From an uncultured Bacilli bacterium (GTDB taxonomy: Bacteria > Bacillota_I > Bacilli_A > ML615J-28 > CAG-313), in the NCBI GenBank assembly GCA_934133195.1, contig CAKPAZ010000003.1, positions 10,682 through 74,681 of the forward strand: 64,000 nt of DNA, written 5' to 3'. The notes below the pieces were generated by a model. That model searched no databases and was not told the DNA's origin. It saw nothing but the letters and a program-made list of their open reading frames with translations. Each line of letters begins with the position of its first letter. Within the stretch, counting starts at the first letter, position 1. A program made the translations under genes and the position numbers. Below are positions 17,570 through 26,984 of the stretch, in pieces.

Positions 17570-20197
17570 ATGAAAAAGCATAAATTTCTATTAATTTTAT
17601 CAATTCTATTAATTATGATTACAATCACAGGATGTGGTACAACATCTAATGAATGTAGTAATGGTCATACCTGGGATGATGGTGTAGTCCAAAAAGAAGC
17701 TACATGTGAAGATACAGGTACAATCCTTTATACATGTACAGTATGTGAAAAAACAAAGACGGAATCAATCAAAGCTCTTGGTCATACTCCAAGTTCTACT
17801 TGGACTGTCTCTACAAATACTCATTATCACATTTGTACAAGATGTGGAGCAACCTTAGATGAAGAAAATCATTCCTATGATGAAACAACTAAAACTTGTA
17901 TTTGTGGTAAGAGTGAAGAAGAAGATACTGGTTATACAGTAACATTTAGTATAGATGATAACGTTCAAATCATCATTTATGAAACTCAAGATACATCTGG
18001 AGAAGGTACTATATATAATAAGGAAGAAACCTTTTTCGCAAGACTTTCAACTGGTGAAGTTTCATCATCAGGTGATGCTCAAGTAAACTTTAAAGTTGTA
18101 GTACCTGATGGTTATATAATTGATACCATTACAATTAGTCCAAGTGCATACAAAAATATTAAAACCATTGATACTTTAACTTATCGTGTAACTAAAGTTA
18201 CTGGTAATATCGAAATAGCTGTAACAATTAAAGAACAACAAACAGTTGAAGAAACTTACTTTATTACGGAAATTAGTGAAACTTCTGCGACACTAACTCA
18301 CAATGATGAAGTTTTAACCTTTAGTTTCCCACTTGGTACAACCTATCAAGTAAATCAAGAAACTGGTGCTTTAACTTTAGCTTTTAGTGAAGTATCAACT
18401 GAGGAATTAACTTTCAGCTTTAGTGGTAACTTACTTGGATCATTAATCTTTAATGTTAATGAAGAAAATGACATTGTAATTGAACTTTCAAATGTAAGTA
18501 TTATAAGTGAAACAAATACTCCAATTTATATCTTAAGTGCTGGTAATTGTGATATTTCTGCGAAAAAAGGAACTGTTAATGAAATTACTGACAATCGTGA
18601 AGCAGTTGAAGATATGAAAGGAGCAATCTATGCAACATGTGATTTAAAGCTAAAAGGAACTGGAACTCTAAATGTTTATTCTAAAAATAATAACGGAATT
18701 CAAACTAAAGATGATTTAGAAATTCAAAAATTAACCCTTTTAGTAAATGTTTGTGACAATGCTTTAAAAGGAAATGATAGTGTTACAATTACATCTGGTA
18801 ACTTAACTTTGATTGCGAGAGTTGGTGATGGTATTAAAACATCTAATACTGACCTTTCAAGTAAAGGAAAACAACGTGGTACAATTACTATTAATGGCGG
18901 AACCATTGACATCTTTGCTGCATGTGATGGTATTGATGCTTCCTTTGATGTAATCATCAACGGTGGTACAATTAACATTTATACTGATAAGTATTCAGAA
19001 TACTCAGAAGAAGTAATTAAAGTTACCGAAAGTATTTACTACATTCGTTCTAATACAACAAGTTATAAATATTCAATTTATTATTACAATACCGAAACTG
19101 ATGGTGTATGGGTAAACGCTGAAACATCATATACTACAAAATCAAATGGTCGTGAAAACTATTATTACTATAAAATAAATAAACTTTCTGAATATAGTTA
19201 TCTAAAGGTTTATGTGTATAACGCAAATCAAGAAAGTGGTCAAAATACTAATTACTATAAAGTATCATCACAAATGACTCTAAATAATAACTATGATACA
19301 ATCGCTTTTGGTACAACTGGCCGTCCTGGAAGTACTAGTCAATCATTTAGTTGGACAACATACTCAACAACTACTCCTGGTGGTGGTATGGGACCAAATG
19401 ATCAAGGTAATACTGATAAAGGTGATTACTCAACTAAAGGTATTAAAGCTGATAATGAAATTACTATCAATAATGGCACTATCACCATCAAATCATATGA
19501 TGATGCTATGCATACTAACAATGATAATACTTTAGAAAGTGGAGTAACTCCTACTGGTAATATTACAATTGTTGATGGTACAATTACCTTATATTCAAAT
19601 GATGATGCTATTCATGCTGATGGCACCGCAATAATTAATGGTGGCACCATTATCATTACTAATTCCTATGAAGGTATTGAAGGAGGAAGTGTTGAAATTA
19701 ATGGTGGTAACATCAGTGTAATCTCAAGTGATGATGGAGTTAATGGTACTAACACAACCGGTACAAGTATTAAAGTTACTGGTGGTACGCTATATGTTTA
19801 TGCGGGAGGCGATGGCCTTGATTCAAACAGCCAAGACTCATATGGTGGTATCTTATTTAGTGGTGGTAAAGCCGTAATCATATCTTATGGACGTAGTGAT
19901 TCATCCATAGATACTGAACGTGGTTACACTTATACAGGGGGAACAATCATTGGTATTGGTCTTTCTGGTGGTATGAGCAGTGAATCAACAAACTGTAAAA
20001 ACTTCTCAAGTGTTGGTACTTCTAAAACTATGAGTTTAACAAAAGATAACTTTCTTAATGTTGAAGATGTTGTTACAATAAAAATTCCTTTCTCGACAAA
20101 TTCTCTAATAGTAGTTCTTGGATCTACTAATTCCTCAATCTCAACAACAACATCTTCAACTTCACTACTTGATAGTAATGGGGTATGCTGGAAATAA
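17570..20197 (+). CDS. Lipoprotein with N-terminal Cys/His-rich modules and a Cthe_2159-like (carbohydrate-binding beta-helix) domain
   Basis: RBS TAGGAGGAATCAATATG and lipobox ITITGCG. Repeated units include NGG(T)I.I....DGI(D/H)A, NGGTINIYTD, DDAIHADGTAIINGG and GGDGLDSN, typical of PF14262-type proteins. The track start at 17531 (TTG) is unlikely. Confidence 0.75.
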   Translation: MKKHKFLLILSILLIMITITGCGTTSNECSNGHTWDDGVVQKEATCEDTGTILYTCTVCEKTKTESIKALGHTPSSTWTVSTNTHYHICTRCGATLDEENHSYDETTKTCICGKSEEEDTGYTVTFSIDDNVQIIIYETQDTSGEGTIYNKEETFFARLSTGEVSSSGDAQVNFKVVVPDGYIIDTITISPSAYKNIKTIDTLTYRVTKVTGNIEIAVTIKEQQTVEETYFITEISETSATLTHNDEVLTFSFPLGTTYQVNQETGALTLAFSEVSTEELTFSFSGNLLGSLIFNVNEENDIVIELSNVSIISETNTPIYILSAGNCDISAKKGTVNEITDNREAVEDMKGAIYATCDLKLKGTGTLNVYSKNNNGIQTKDDLEIQKLTLLVNVCDNALKGNDSVTITSGNLTLIARVGDGIKTSNTDLSSKGKQRGTITINGGTIDIFAACDGIDASFDVIINGGTINIYTDKYSEYSEEVIKVTESIYYIRSNTTSYKYSIYYYNTETDGVWVNAETSYTTKSNGRENYYYYKINKLSEYSYLKVYVYNANQESGQNTNYYKVSSQMTLNNNYDTIAFGTTGRPGSTSQSFSWTTYSTTTPGGGMGPNDQGNTDKGDYSTKGIKADNEITINNGTITIKSYDDAMHTNNDNTLESGVTPTGNITIVDGTITLYSNDDAIHADGTAIINGGTIIITNSYEGIEGGSVEINGGNISVISSDDGVNGTNTTGTSIKVTGGTLYVYAGGDGLDSNSQDSYGGILFSGGKAVIISYGRSDSSIDTERGYTYTGGTIIGIGLSGGMSSESTNCKNFSSVGTSKTMSLTKDNFLNVEDVVTIKIPFSTNSLIVVLGSTNSSISTTTSSTSLLDSNGVCWK

Positions 20198-20218
20198 TTA
20201 TAAAAAGGGGATAATAAA

Positions 20219-20734
20219 ATGAAAAAAATTGGAAAATTATGTACATTAATAATAATGTTAATATGTGTAATTATGATTTCCTCATGCAAAGGAAAAACTG
20301 CATCCTATGCATGTAGTACAATATATGGAAAAATAACCAAAATAAATGACACAAAAATTACTTTAGTGCTTCTTGATACAACAAATCAAACCCAAGGACC
20401 AATGAATCCAAATGGTGAAGAACCACCAACAAAACCAGATGGTGATACAACTAACCCAAGTGGTGAAGAAACTCCACCAACTCCTCCCGATGGAGATTTC
20501 AACCCAGGTGAAAATAGAGGTGAAATGAACAATTTCACAGAATCAAGTATTACCATTACCATTGATCTTGCGGGGGTAAGTATTACCAAAAATAATGAAA
20601 CCATCAATTTAGATGAAATCAAAGAAAATGATATTATTCAAATTGTATTTGATGAATCATCAAATCCTAAATTAGTAAGTTTGATGACTAACGACCCTGG
20701 TGATAAACCAGAACAAGAAGTACAACCTAACTAA
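20219..20734 (+). CDS. Small Pro/Glu-rich lipoprotein
   Basis: Lipobox VIMISSC and a low-complexity NPNGEEPPTKPDGDTTNPSGEETPPTPPDG segment. RBS AAGGGGATAATAAAATG. Confidence 0.7.
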   Translation: MKKIGKLCTLIIMLICVIMISSCKGKTASYACSTIYGKITKINDTKITLVLLDTTNQTQGPMNPNGEEPPTKPDGDTTNPSGEETPPTPPDGDFNPGENRGEMNNFTESSITITIDLAGVSITKNNETINLDEIKENDIIQIVFDESSNPKLVSLMTNDPGDKPEQEVQPN

Positions 20735-20741
20735 CCAACAA

Positions 20742-20776
20742 AAGAATTACTTATCTTTTTAAGTAATTCTTTTTAT
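20742..20776 (+). terminator. Rho-independent terminator
   Basis: Perfect 12-bp stem AAGAATTACTTA / TAAGTAATTCTT followed by a T-run. Confidence 0.8.
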
Positions 20777-20895
20777 TATATAATAAGGAAGAAATAAATG
20801 TAAAATAGTCGTAAAGAAAGTAAAAAGATATTAATTAATATTGTTATATAATAATTAAATATGTTAAAATATAGATATGAAAAGAGGAAATAAAA

Positions 20896-21102
20896 ATGAA
20901 AAAAATAAAAATAGGAATTGGATTAATTATTCTAGGTAATCTTTTATATCTTTTAAATGAAATATTTAATTTTAGTTCATCAAACTTTGGTGATTTTATA
21001 AATGGATTATTACTAGGAATATCAGTTGGAACTAATTTTGTAGGTATTGTATTAATCATTTTATCAGTTAAAAAAGAGGATGACCATGAAAAACAAAGAT
21101 AG
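20896..21102 (+). CDS. Small two-TM membrane protein
   Basis: 68-aa ORF with RBS AAAGAGGAAATAAAAATG and two hydrophobic helices. Confidence 0.5.
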   Translation: MKKIKIGIGLIILGNLLYLLNEIFNFSSSNFGDFINGLLLGISVGTNFVGIVLIILSVKKEDDHEKQR

Positions 21103-21274
21103 TTATATGACAATAGGAATGTTTATAGGATTAATACTAGGCTCTTTAATTGGTCTTGTAATTGGAATCATTCAAAAAGATTTAACCTTTTGGCTATGTA
21201 TTGGTCTTTCTGCAGGCTTATGTCTTGGTATGTTTGTAGGATTACTAATTCCTAAAAAAACTAACAAAAAATAA
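21086..21274 (+). CDS. Small two-TM membrane protein
   Basis: Overlaps the end of the previous ORF. The ATG at 21086 sits 5 nt after AAGAGGA (the track start at 21080 has no spacing). Two hydrophobic helices and a KKTNKK tail. Confidence 0.5.
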   Translation: MKNKDSYMTIGMFIGLILGSLIGLVIGIIQKDLTFWLCIGLSAGLCLGMFVGLLIPKKTNKK

Positions 21275-21276
21275 TG

Positions 21277-21319
21277 GAAACTAGTAAATTAAATAAGATT
21301 GCCTAGTTTCTATTTTTTA
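21277..21319 (+). terminator. Probable terminator
   Basis: Stem GAAACTAG (21277-21284) / CTAGTTTC (21303-21310), then TATTTTTT. Confidence 0.5.
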
Positions 21320-21399
21320 TTGCGATTAATTTGACATAATAACTAAACAAGAGTATAATTAGTATGAAAAGTAGGAAAAGTATAACTAGGAGGTATAAT

Positions 21400-21612
21400 A
21401 TGATAGAAAGTCCAAATAACGATGGAAAATACATATTTGGTGTATGTAAGGTTGGAGAAAAAGGTCAAGTCGTAATTCCTAAGGAAGCAAGAGAAGTGTT
21501 TAATATTAAACCTGGCGATATGCTTGTAATGCTTGGTGACATTAATTCAGGAATTGCGATAGTAAAGACCGATGTCTTTTCAGCCGTTACTGATCAAGTA
21601 TTTAAAAAATAA
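21400..21612 (+). CDS. AbrB/SpoVT-type DNA-binding protein
   Basis: RBS TAGGAGGTATAATATG. The VGEKGQVVIPKEAREVFNIKPGDMLVMLGD swapped-hairpin motif is present. The track start at 21364 lacks an RBS. Confidence 0.75.
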   Translation: MIESPNNDGKYIFGVCKVGEKGQVVIPKEAREVFNIKPGDMLVMLGDINSGIAIVKTDVFSAVTDQVFKK

Positions 21613-21635
21613 GGAAATAAGAAAAGAGGAGTACT

Positions 21636-22559
21636 ATGGAAAATATTATTGAAATTAAGCATTTACATAAATTATTTAAAGATGTACATGCGGTTAATGA
21701 TTTATCCCTTCATGTAAAAAAAGGTGAATTCTTTGCCTTTTTAGGTATCAATGGAGCTGGTAAATCTACCACCATCTCAATCATGTGTGGAAAACTAAAA
21801 AAAGACGAAGGTGAAGTATTAATAAATGGTTATAATATTGATACTGACCTTGACAAAATTAAATCAACAATTGGAGTTGTTTTTCAATCATCAATTTTAG
21901 ATAAAAACTTATCAGTTAAAGATAATCTTGAAGTAAGAGCATCCCTTTATGGAATTACTGGTGAAGCTTTTAAAAATCGATTGAATGAACTTTCAGAACT
22001 ACTTGAATTTAAAGATATCTTAAATCGCCCTTTTGGTAAATTATCAGGTGGTCAAAAACGAAGAATCGATATTGCGAGAGCATTAATTAATCATCCAAGT
22101 ATCTTGATTCTTGATGAACCTACAACAGGACTTGATCCCCAAACAAGAAAACTTGTATGGAATGTAATTCATGAGTTAAGAGAAAAAGAAGGAATAACAG
22201 TTTTTCTAACTACTCACTATATGGAAGAAACTGTCGATGCTGACTATGTTGTAATCCTAGATAGTGGAATAATTGTTGGTGAAGGTAGTCCTGTTGAATT
22301 AAAAAATAAATATACAGGTGACTTTATTACCCTTTATAACGTAACTGATGATGTTAAAGAATTATTAACATCTCTTGGTAAAACATATGAAAATGTACCA
22401 AGTGGAATTAGAATTAGTGTTAAAAACACAGAAGAAGCAACAAACTTAATTATTGAACATCCCGAAATCTTTAAAGATTATGAAATAATAAAAGGTAAGA
22501 TGGATGATGTTTTTCTAAACATTACAGGAAAGAAACTAACAGAAGGTGATCTAAAATGA
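21636..22559 (+). CDS. ABC transporter ATP-binding protein (ABC-2/DrrA-like)
   Basis: Walker A GINGAGKST, signature LSGGQKRR and Walker B ILILDEPT. Confidence 0.9.
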   Translation: MENIIEIKHLHKLFKDVHAVNDLSLHVKKGEFFAFLGINGAGKSTTISIMCGKLKKDEGEVLINGYNIDTDLDKIKSTIGVVFQSSILDKNLSVKDNLEVRASLYGITGEAFKNRLNELSELLEFKDILNRPFGKLSGGQKRRIDIARALINHPSILILDEPTTGLDPQTRKLVWNVIHELREKEGITVFLTTHYMEETVDADYVVILDSGIIVGEGSPVELKNKYTGDFITLYNVTDDVKELLTSLGKTYENVPSGIRISVKNTEEATNLIIEHPEIFKDYEIIKGKMDDVFLNITGKKLTEGDLK

Positions 22560-23455
22560 AAACATTAGGTACTTTAATTAAAAGAAATATCAAATTATTC
22601 TTTAAAGATAAAGGTTTATTCTTTACATCTTTAATTACTCCATTTATTTTGTTAATTTTATATGCAACATTCTTAGGTAAAGTATATCGTGATTCCTTTA
22701 CTTCAAGTCTTCCTGAAGGCTTTAATCTAAGTGATAAAGTCATTAATGGTATTGTTGGTGGAGAATTATTCTCATCATTGCTTGCGGTAAGCTGTATTAC
22801 TGTAGCCTTTTGTTCAAACATGTTAATGGTTCAAGATAAGATAACTAACGCCATAGATGACTTCCATGTCACTCCTGTTAAAGCATCTACACTTGCAGTA
22901 AGCTACTATGTTGCGACATTTGTTTCAACCTTAATTGTTTGTCTTGCAGCATTTATTGGTTCCCTCATCTATGTTGCGGCCATTGGTGGTTGGTGTTTTT
23001 CAGCTCTAGACATAGTATTAATAATTCTTGATATTATTATTCTTGTAATGTTTGGTACTGCCCTTTCTTCAATCATCAATTACTTCTTAACATCACAAGG
23101 TCAAGTATCAGCTGTAGGTACAATCGTAAGTTCATGCTATGGTTTCATTTGTGGTGCATACATGCCAATAAGTTCATTCAATGTTGGACTTCAAAAGGTA
23201 ATTATGTTTTTACCAGGAACCTATGGTACAAGCTTACTAAGAAATCATGCTTTAAGAGGTAGCTTTGAACTAATGGGAAAAGAAGGAGTACCATCAGAAG
23301 TAATAACATCAATCAAAAAATCAATAGACTGTAACCTTGAATTTTTTGGACATAATGTTTCAATGCTAGGTTTATATCTAGTAATTTGCTTAACAGTTGT
23401 AGGTTTACTTACCATATACATTTTAATCAATAAGTTTGTAAAAAGAAACAAATAA
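22556..23455 (+). CDS. ABC-2 type transporter permease
   Basis: ATGA overlap with the ATPase gene; a 299-aa protein with about six TM helices. Confidence 0.8.
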   Translation: MKTLGTLIKRNIKLFFKDKGLFFTSLITPFILLILYATFLGKVYRDSFTSSLPEGFNLSDKVINGIVGGELFSSLLAVSCITVAFCSNMLMVQDKITNAIDDFHVTPVKASTLAVSYYVATFVSTLIVCLAAFIGSLIYVAAIGGWCFSALDIVLIILDIIILVMFGTALSSIINYFLTSQGQVSAVGTIVSSCYGFICGAYMPISSFNVGLQKVIMFLPGTYGTSLLRNHALRGSFELMGKEGVPSEVITSIKKSIDCNLEFFGHNVSMLGLYLVICLTVVGLLTIYILINKFVKRNK

Positions 23456-23487
23456 AACTTTAGGATAACACCTAAAGTTTTTTTAAG
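23455..23487 (+). terminator. Rho-independent terminator
   Basis: Stem AAACTTTAGG / CCTAAAGTTT, loop ATAACA, followed by a T-run. Confidence 0.8.
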
Positions 23488-23568
23488 TTTTTGAAACTTC
23501 TTCACTCTTTATTTTTGCTTTTTTGTTTACTTTTTGGTATAATATTAAGACAAGAGAGGATGAAGTTT

Positions 23569-24312
23569 ATGCAACGTTATATGATTAATAAGAATAACTC
23601 ATATGTTGATTTTGATAACCATATTATCAAAATGATGTCGGAAGATGCTCATCATATGAAGAATGTTATGAGAATGAACATAAATGATAAAGTAATCGTT
23701 GTGTATGAAGAAAAGAGTTACCAATGTATAATTTTAACCCTAACAAACAATGAAGTAACTCTTGAGATAGAACATTCTCTTGAAGAAAATAAAGAACTAG
23801 ATTGTGAAGTTTGTATTGCACAAGGACTAGTGAGAAAAGAAAAAATGGAAGAAGTTATTGATCATATCTCAGAACTTGGAGCAACCCTTTATCAACCAGT
23901 TGTTTTAAGAAGATGTAATGTAAAGGTAAGTAATGAAAATATTGATAAAAAACTTATCCGTTTAAATAAAATTGCGAAAGAAGCATCAGAACAAGCCCAT
24001 CGCTTAAAGGTTTTAGAAGTAAAGGCTCCAATTAGCTTTAAACAATTTTTATCTTTCTCAAAATCATTTGATTTATGTTTAGTTGCTCATGTAGATTTAG
24101 ATAATCCCCTTTATATAGGTGATGCCATAAAAGATGAAAAACGCATCCTAGTACTTGTAGGACCTGAAGGTGGATTTGATCAAGAAGAATTAGATGAATT
24201 AAAAAATAATAATTTTAAAATGATATCACTTGGAAAAAGAGTCTTAAGAACCGAAGTTGCACCAAGTTATATTATGAGTATAATTGATTACTTAAGAGGT
24301 GAAAACAAGTGA
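23569..24312 (+). CDS. rsmE: 16S rRNA (uracil1498-N3)-methyltransferase RsmE
   Basis: MQRYMI start is typical of RsmE, with GAGAGG 9 nt upstream. GPEGGF and LGKRVLRTEVAP motifs are present. The TGgTATAAT promoter at 23535-23543 lies inside the longer track ORF. Confidence 0.85.
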   Translation: MQRYMINKNNSYVDFDNHIIKMMSEDAHHMKNVMRMNINDKVIVVYEEKSYQCIILTLTNNEVTLEIEHSLEENKELDCEVCIAQGLVRKEKMEEVIDHISELGATLYQPVVLRRCNVKVSNENIDKKLIRLNKIAKEASEQAHRLKVLEVKAPISFKQFLSFSKSFDLCLVAHVDLDNPLYIGDAIKDEKRILVLVGPEGGFDQEELDELKNNNFKMISLGKRVLRTEVAPSYIMSIIDYLRGENK

Positions 24313-25628
24313 AATTTAGCGTAATATCGTTAGGATGTAAAGTAAATAGCTATGAAACGGAAGTCCTAATAAATGATTTAAATAACAAAGGATGGGAATA
24401 CTGCCTAAAAGATGATGATGTTGATGTCATCATTATTAATACTTGTACGGTAACATCGACTAGTGATCAAAAGTCAAGACAAATAATCAGAAGTACAAAA
24501 AGAAAACATCCAAACGCAATCATTGTTGCGATGGGATGCTTTGTTCAACTTAATCCCGATGTCGCATCAAACATTGCTGATATCATTATCGGTACAAACA
24601 ATCGCTTAAAAGTATATGAACTTGTCAACTCATACCTTAAAACAAAAGATGAAATTGATAGTTTAGTTAAACCCTTATCAATCGTTGAAGATATTAAAAA
24701 TGTCAAAACATATGAAGAAATGAAACTAAATAGTGTGACTACACACACTAGAGGTTTTGTTAAAATTCAAGATGGTTGTGAAAACTTCTGTAGCTACTGT
24801 GCTATCCCTTATTCAAGAGGGGGAATCAGAAGTAGACTACCAGATGATGTTGTAAATGAAATCAAAAGTTTAGTTAAAAATGGAACCAAAGAAGTAATAA
24901 TTGCAGGGATAAATACTGGTACATACGGTCAAGACTTAGGAAATATTTCTTTAGCAAATCTTATAGAAAGAATCATGAATGAGACCACTTTATACCGTTT
25001 ACGTCTATCATCCATTGAATTAATGGAGGTAACTGATGAACTTCTTGCGACAATCAAGAAGTATGAATCACGTGTAGCTCATCATCTTCATATCCCTCTT
25101 CAAGGTGGATGTGACACAGTCTTAAAGAGAATGCACCGTAAATATCTAACCAAAGATTATGAAGAATTAATTAAAAAGATTCGTTTAATGTTTCCAAACA
25201 TTGCGATTACGACTGACCTTTTAGCGGGATTTGTTGGTGAAACCATAGATGAATTTAATCAAACATGTGAATTCATCAAAAGAATAAACTTCTCATCAAT
25301 GCATATTTTCCCATATTCTCGCCGTAAAGGAACTGAGGCAGATAAAATGGAAGGTCATTTAGACCCTAAAGTAATAAATGAAAGAACCCACATTCTGCTA
25401 GGTATTGCTGGGGAAATGAAATATAATTATGAAAAACAATTTGTAGGAACCATTCAAAATGTTATTACCGAAACCATCAAAAATGGTTATATGACATCAC
25501 ATAGTAGTAACTATCTTGAAATTGATGTTATCTTAGAAGAAGATATTGTTCCTAATATGATAATAGATGTTGAGATTCTAGATGTTCAAAAAAATAAAAT
25601 TATTGGAAGGAGAGTAAAACATGAGTAG
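24309..25628 (+). CDS. mtaB: tRNA t6A37 methylthiotransferase MtaB (radical SAM, YqeV-like)
   Basis: GTG start overlaps the rsmE stop. UPF0004 N-domain, CENFCSYCAIP radical-SAM motif and TRAM-like C-terminus. The rsmE-mtaB order matches B. subtilis yqeU-yqeV. Confidence 0.85.
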   Translation: MKFSVISLGCKVNSYETEVLINDLNNKGWEYCLKDDDVDVIIINTCTVTSTSDQKSRQIIRSTKRKHPNAIIVAMGCFVQLNPDVASNIADIIIGTNNRLKVYELVNSYLKTKDEIDSLVKPLSIVEDIKNVKTYEEMKLNSVTTHTRGFVKIQDGCENFCSYCAIPYSRGGIRSRLPDDVVNEIKSLVKNGTKEVIIAGINTGTYGQDLGNISLANLIERIMNETTLYRLRLSSIELMEVTDELLATIKKYESRVAHHLHIPLQGGCDTVLKRMHRKYLTKDYEELIKKIRLMFPNIAITTDLLAGFVGETIDEFNQTCEFIKRINFSSMHIFPYSRRKGTEADKMEGHLDPKVINERTHILLGIAGEMKYNYEKQFVGTIQNVITETIKNGYMTSHSSNYLEIDVILEEDIVPNMIIDVEILDVQKNKIIGRRVKHE

Positions 25629-26970
25629 TTTTAAAGATTATCATCTAAAAAAAGAATTACTAGAAGGTATTAAAGCTATTGGTTTTGAATCACCAACAGA
25701 AGTACAAAAACAAGTAATCCCTCGAGCTATGAAAAAAGAAAGCTTGATTGTTCAAAGTGCAACTGGAAGTGGTAAAACTCACGCTTTCTTAATTCCGATT
25801 ATTCAAAACTTAGATCCAACCTTACAAGAAGTACAAAATGTAATTATCTCACCTACTAGAGAACTTGCTATGCAGTTATATGATGTTTTTATGGAGTTAA
25901 TCTCCCATCTAGGATATGAAGTAAACGTTCAAAAAGTAATTGGTGGTGGAAATCGTGAAGCCGAGATTAAACGCTTTGAAAAGTCCCAACCACAAATTGT
26001 AATTGGAACACTAGGCAGACTTAATGATTTAGTTGTAAACACTAATGTTCTAAAAATACATAATGCTAAAACCGTTGTAATCGATGAAGCAGATATGATA
26101 TTTGAAGAAAAAGAATTAGTGGAAGTAGATAAGATAATTGGTAAAGTTCAAGGTAATCCCCAATTTTTAATCTTTAGTGCCACCCTTCCCAAAGGCCTAA
26201 GATCATTCTTAAAGAAATACCTTGAAAATGCTCAAACAATAGCTCTAGAAGAAAAAAATCTTACAGCCGCAACCATTGAGCATATCATGCTTCAATGTAA
26301 AGCTAAAGATAAGAGAAACGTTCTTTTAGACCTACTTAAGATAATTAATCCCTATCTTGCTTTAATATTTGTAAATACAAAAGAAGGTGTCGATGAATTA
26401 TCGATGTATCTCGCAAAAGAAGGATACCGCGTAGGTAAACTTCATGGAGCAATGGACGACAGGTCCCGTAAACAAATGATTAAACGTATTCAAAACTTAG
26501 AGTTTCAATATGTAGTTGCTAGTGATATTGCGGCACGTGGTATTGACATTGAAGGTGTAAGTCATGTAATTAACTTTGACCTACCTAAAGATGTTGAATT
26601 CTTCATCCATAGAACTGGACGTACAGCAAGAAACTCCCAAACTGGTATTTCCTATAGCCTTTATGCTTATGAAGATGATGAATATATCAAAGCCCTTCAA
26701 AAGAAAGGTTTGATATGTAAATTCTATCAAATCAAAGATGGTGCGTTAATAGAATCAACCTTCAAAAAAAGAGTAAGAAAACTTTCTAAAAATGAAGAGA
26801 TTGAACAACATATTCATCAAAAAACTCCAATGCCAAAAAAGGTAAAACCAGGTTACAAGAAAAAACGAAATGAAAAAATCAAAAAAGAAATCAAAAAAGC
26901 TAAAAAAGAACGTATAAGTGCAATCTATCGTCGTCGTGCTAAAGAAAGAAAAGAAGAACAAGATAACTAG
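25621..26970 (+). CDS. DEAD-box ATP-dependent RNA helicase with Lys-rich tail
   Basis: ATGSGKT, PTRELA, DEAD (VIDEADMI), SAT and HRTGRTAR motifs. Confidence 0.9.
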   Translation: MSSFKDYHLKKELLEGIKAIGFESPTEVQKQVIPRAMKKESLIVQSATGSGKTHAFLIPIIQNLDPTLQEVQNVIISPTRELAMQLYDVFMELISHLGYEVNVQKVIGGGNREAEIKRFEKSQPQIVIGTLGRLNDLVVNTNVLKIHNAKTVVIDEADMIFEEKELVEVDKIIGKVQGNPQFLIFSATLPKGLRSFLKKYLENAQTIALEEKNLTAATIEHIMLQCKAKDKRNVLLDLLKIINPYLALIFVNTKEGVDELSMYLAKEGYRVGKLHGAMDDRSRKQMIKRIQNLEFQYVVASDIAARGIDIEGVSHVINFDLPKDVEFFIHRTGRTARNSQTGISYSLYAYEDDEYIKALQKKGLICKFYQIKDGALIESTFKKRVRKLSKNEEIEQHIHQKTPMPKKVKPGYKKKRNEKIKKEIKKAKKERISAIYRRRAKERKEEQDN

Positions 26971-26984
26971 AAAGGAAACGTACC

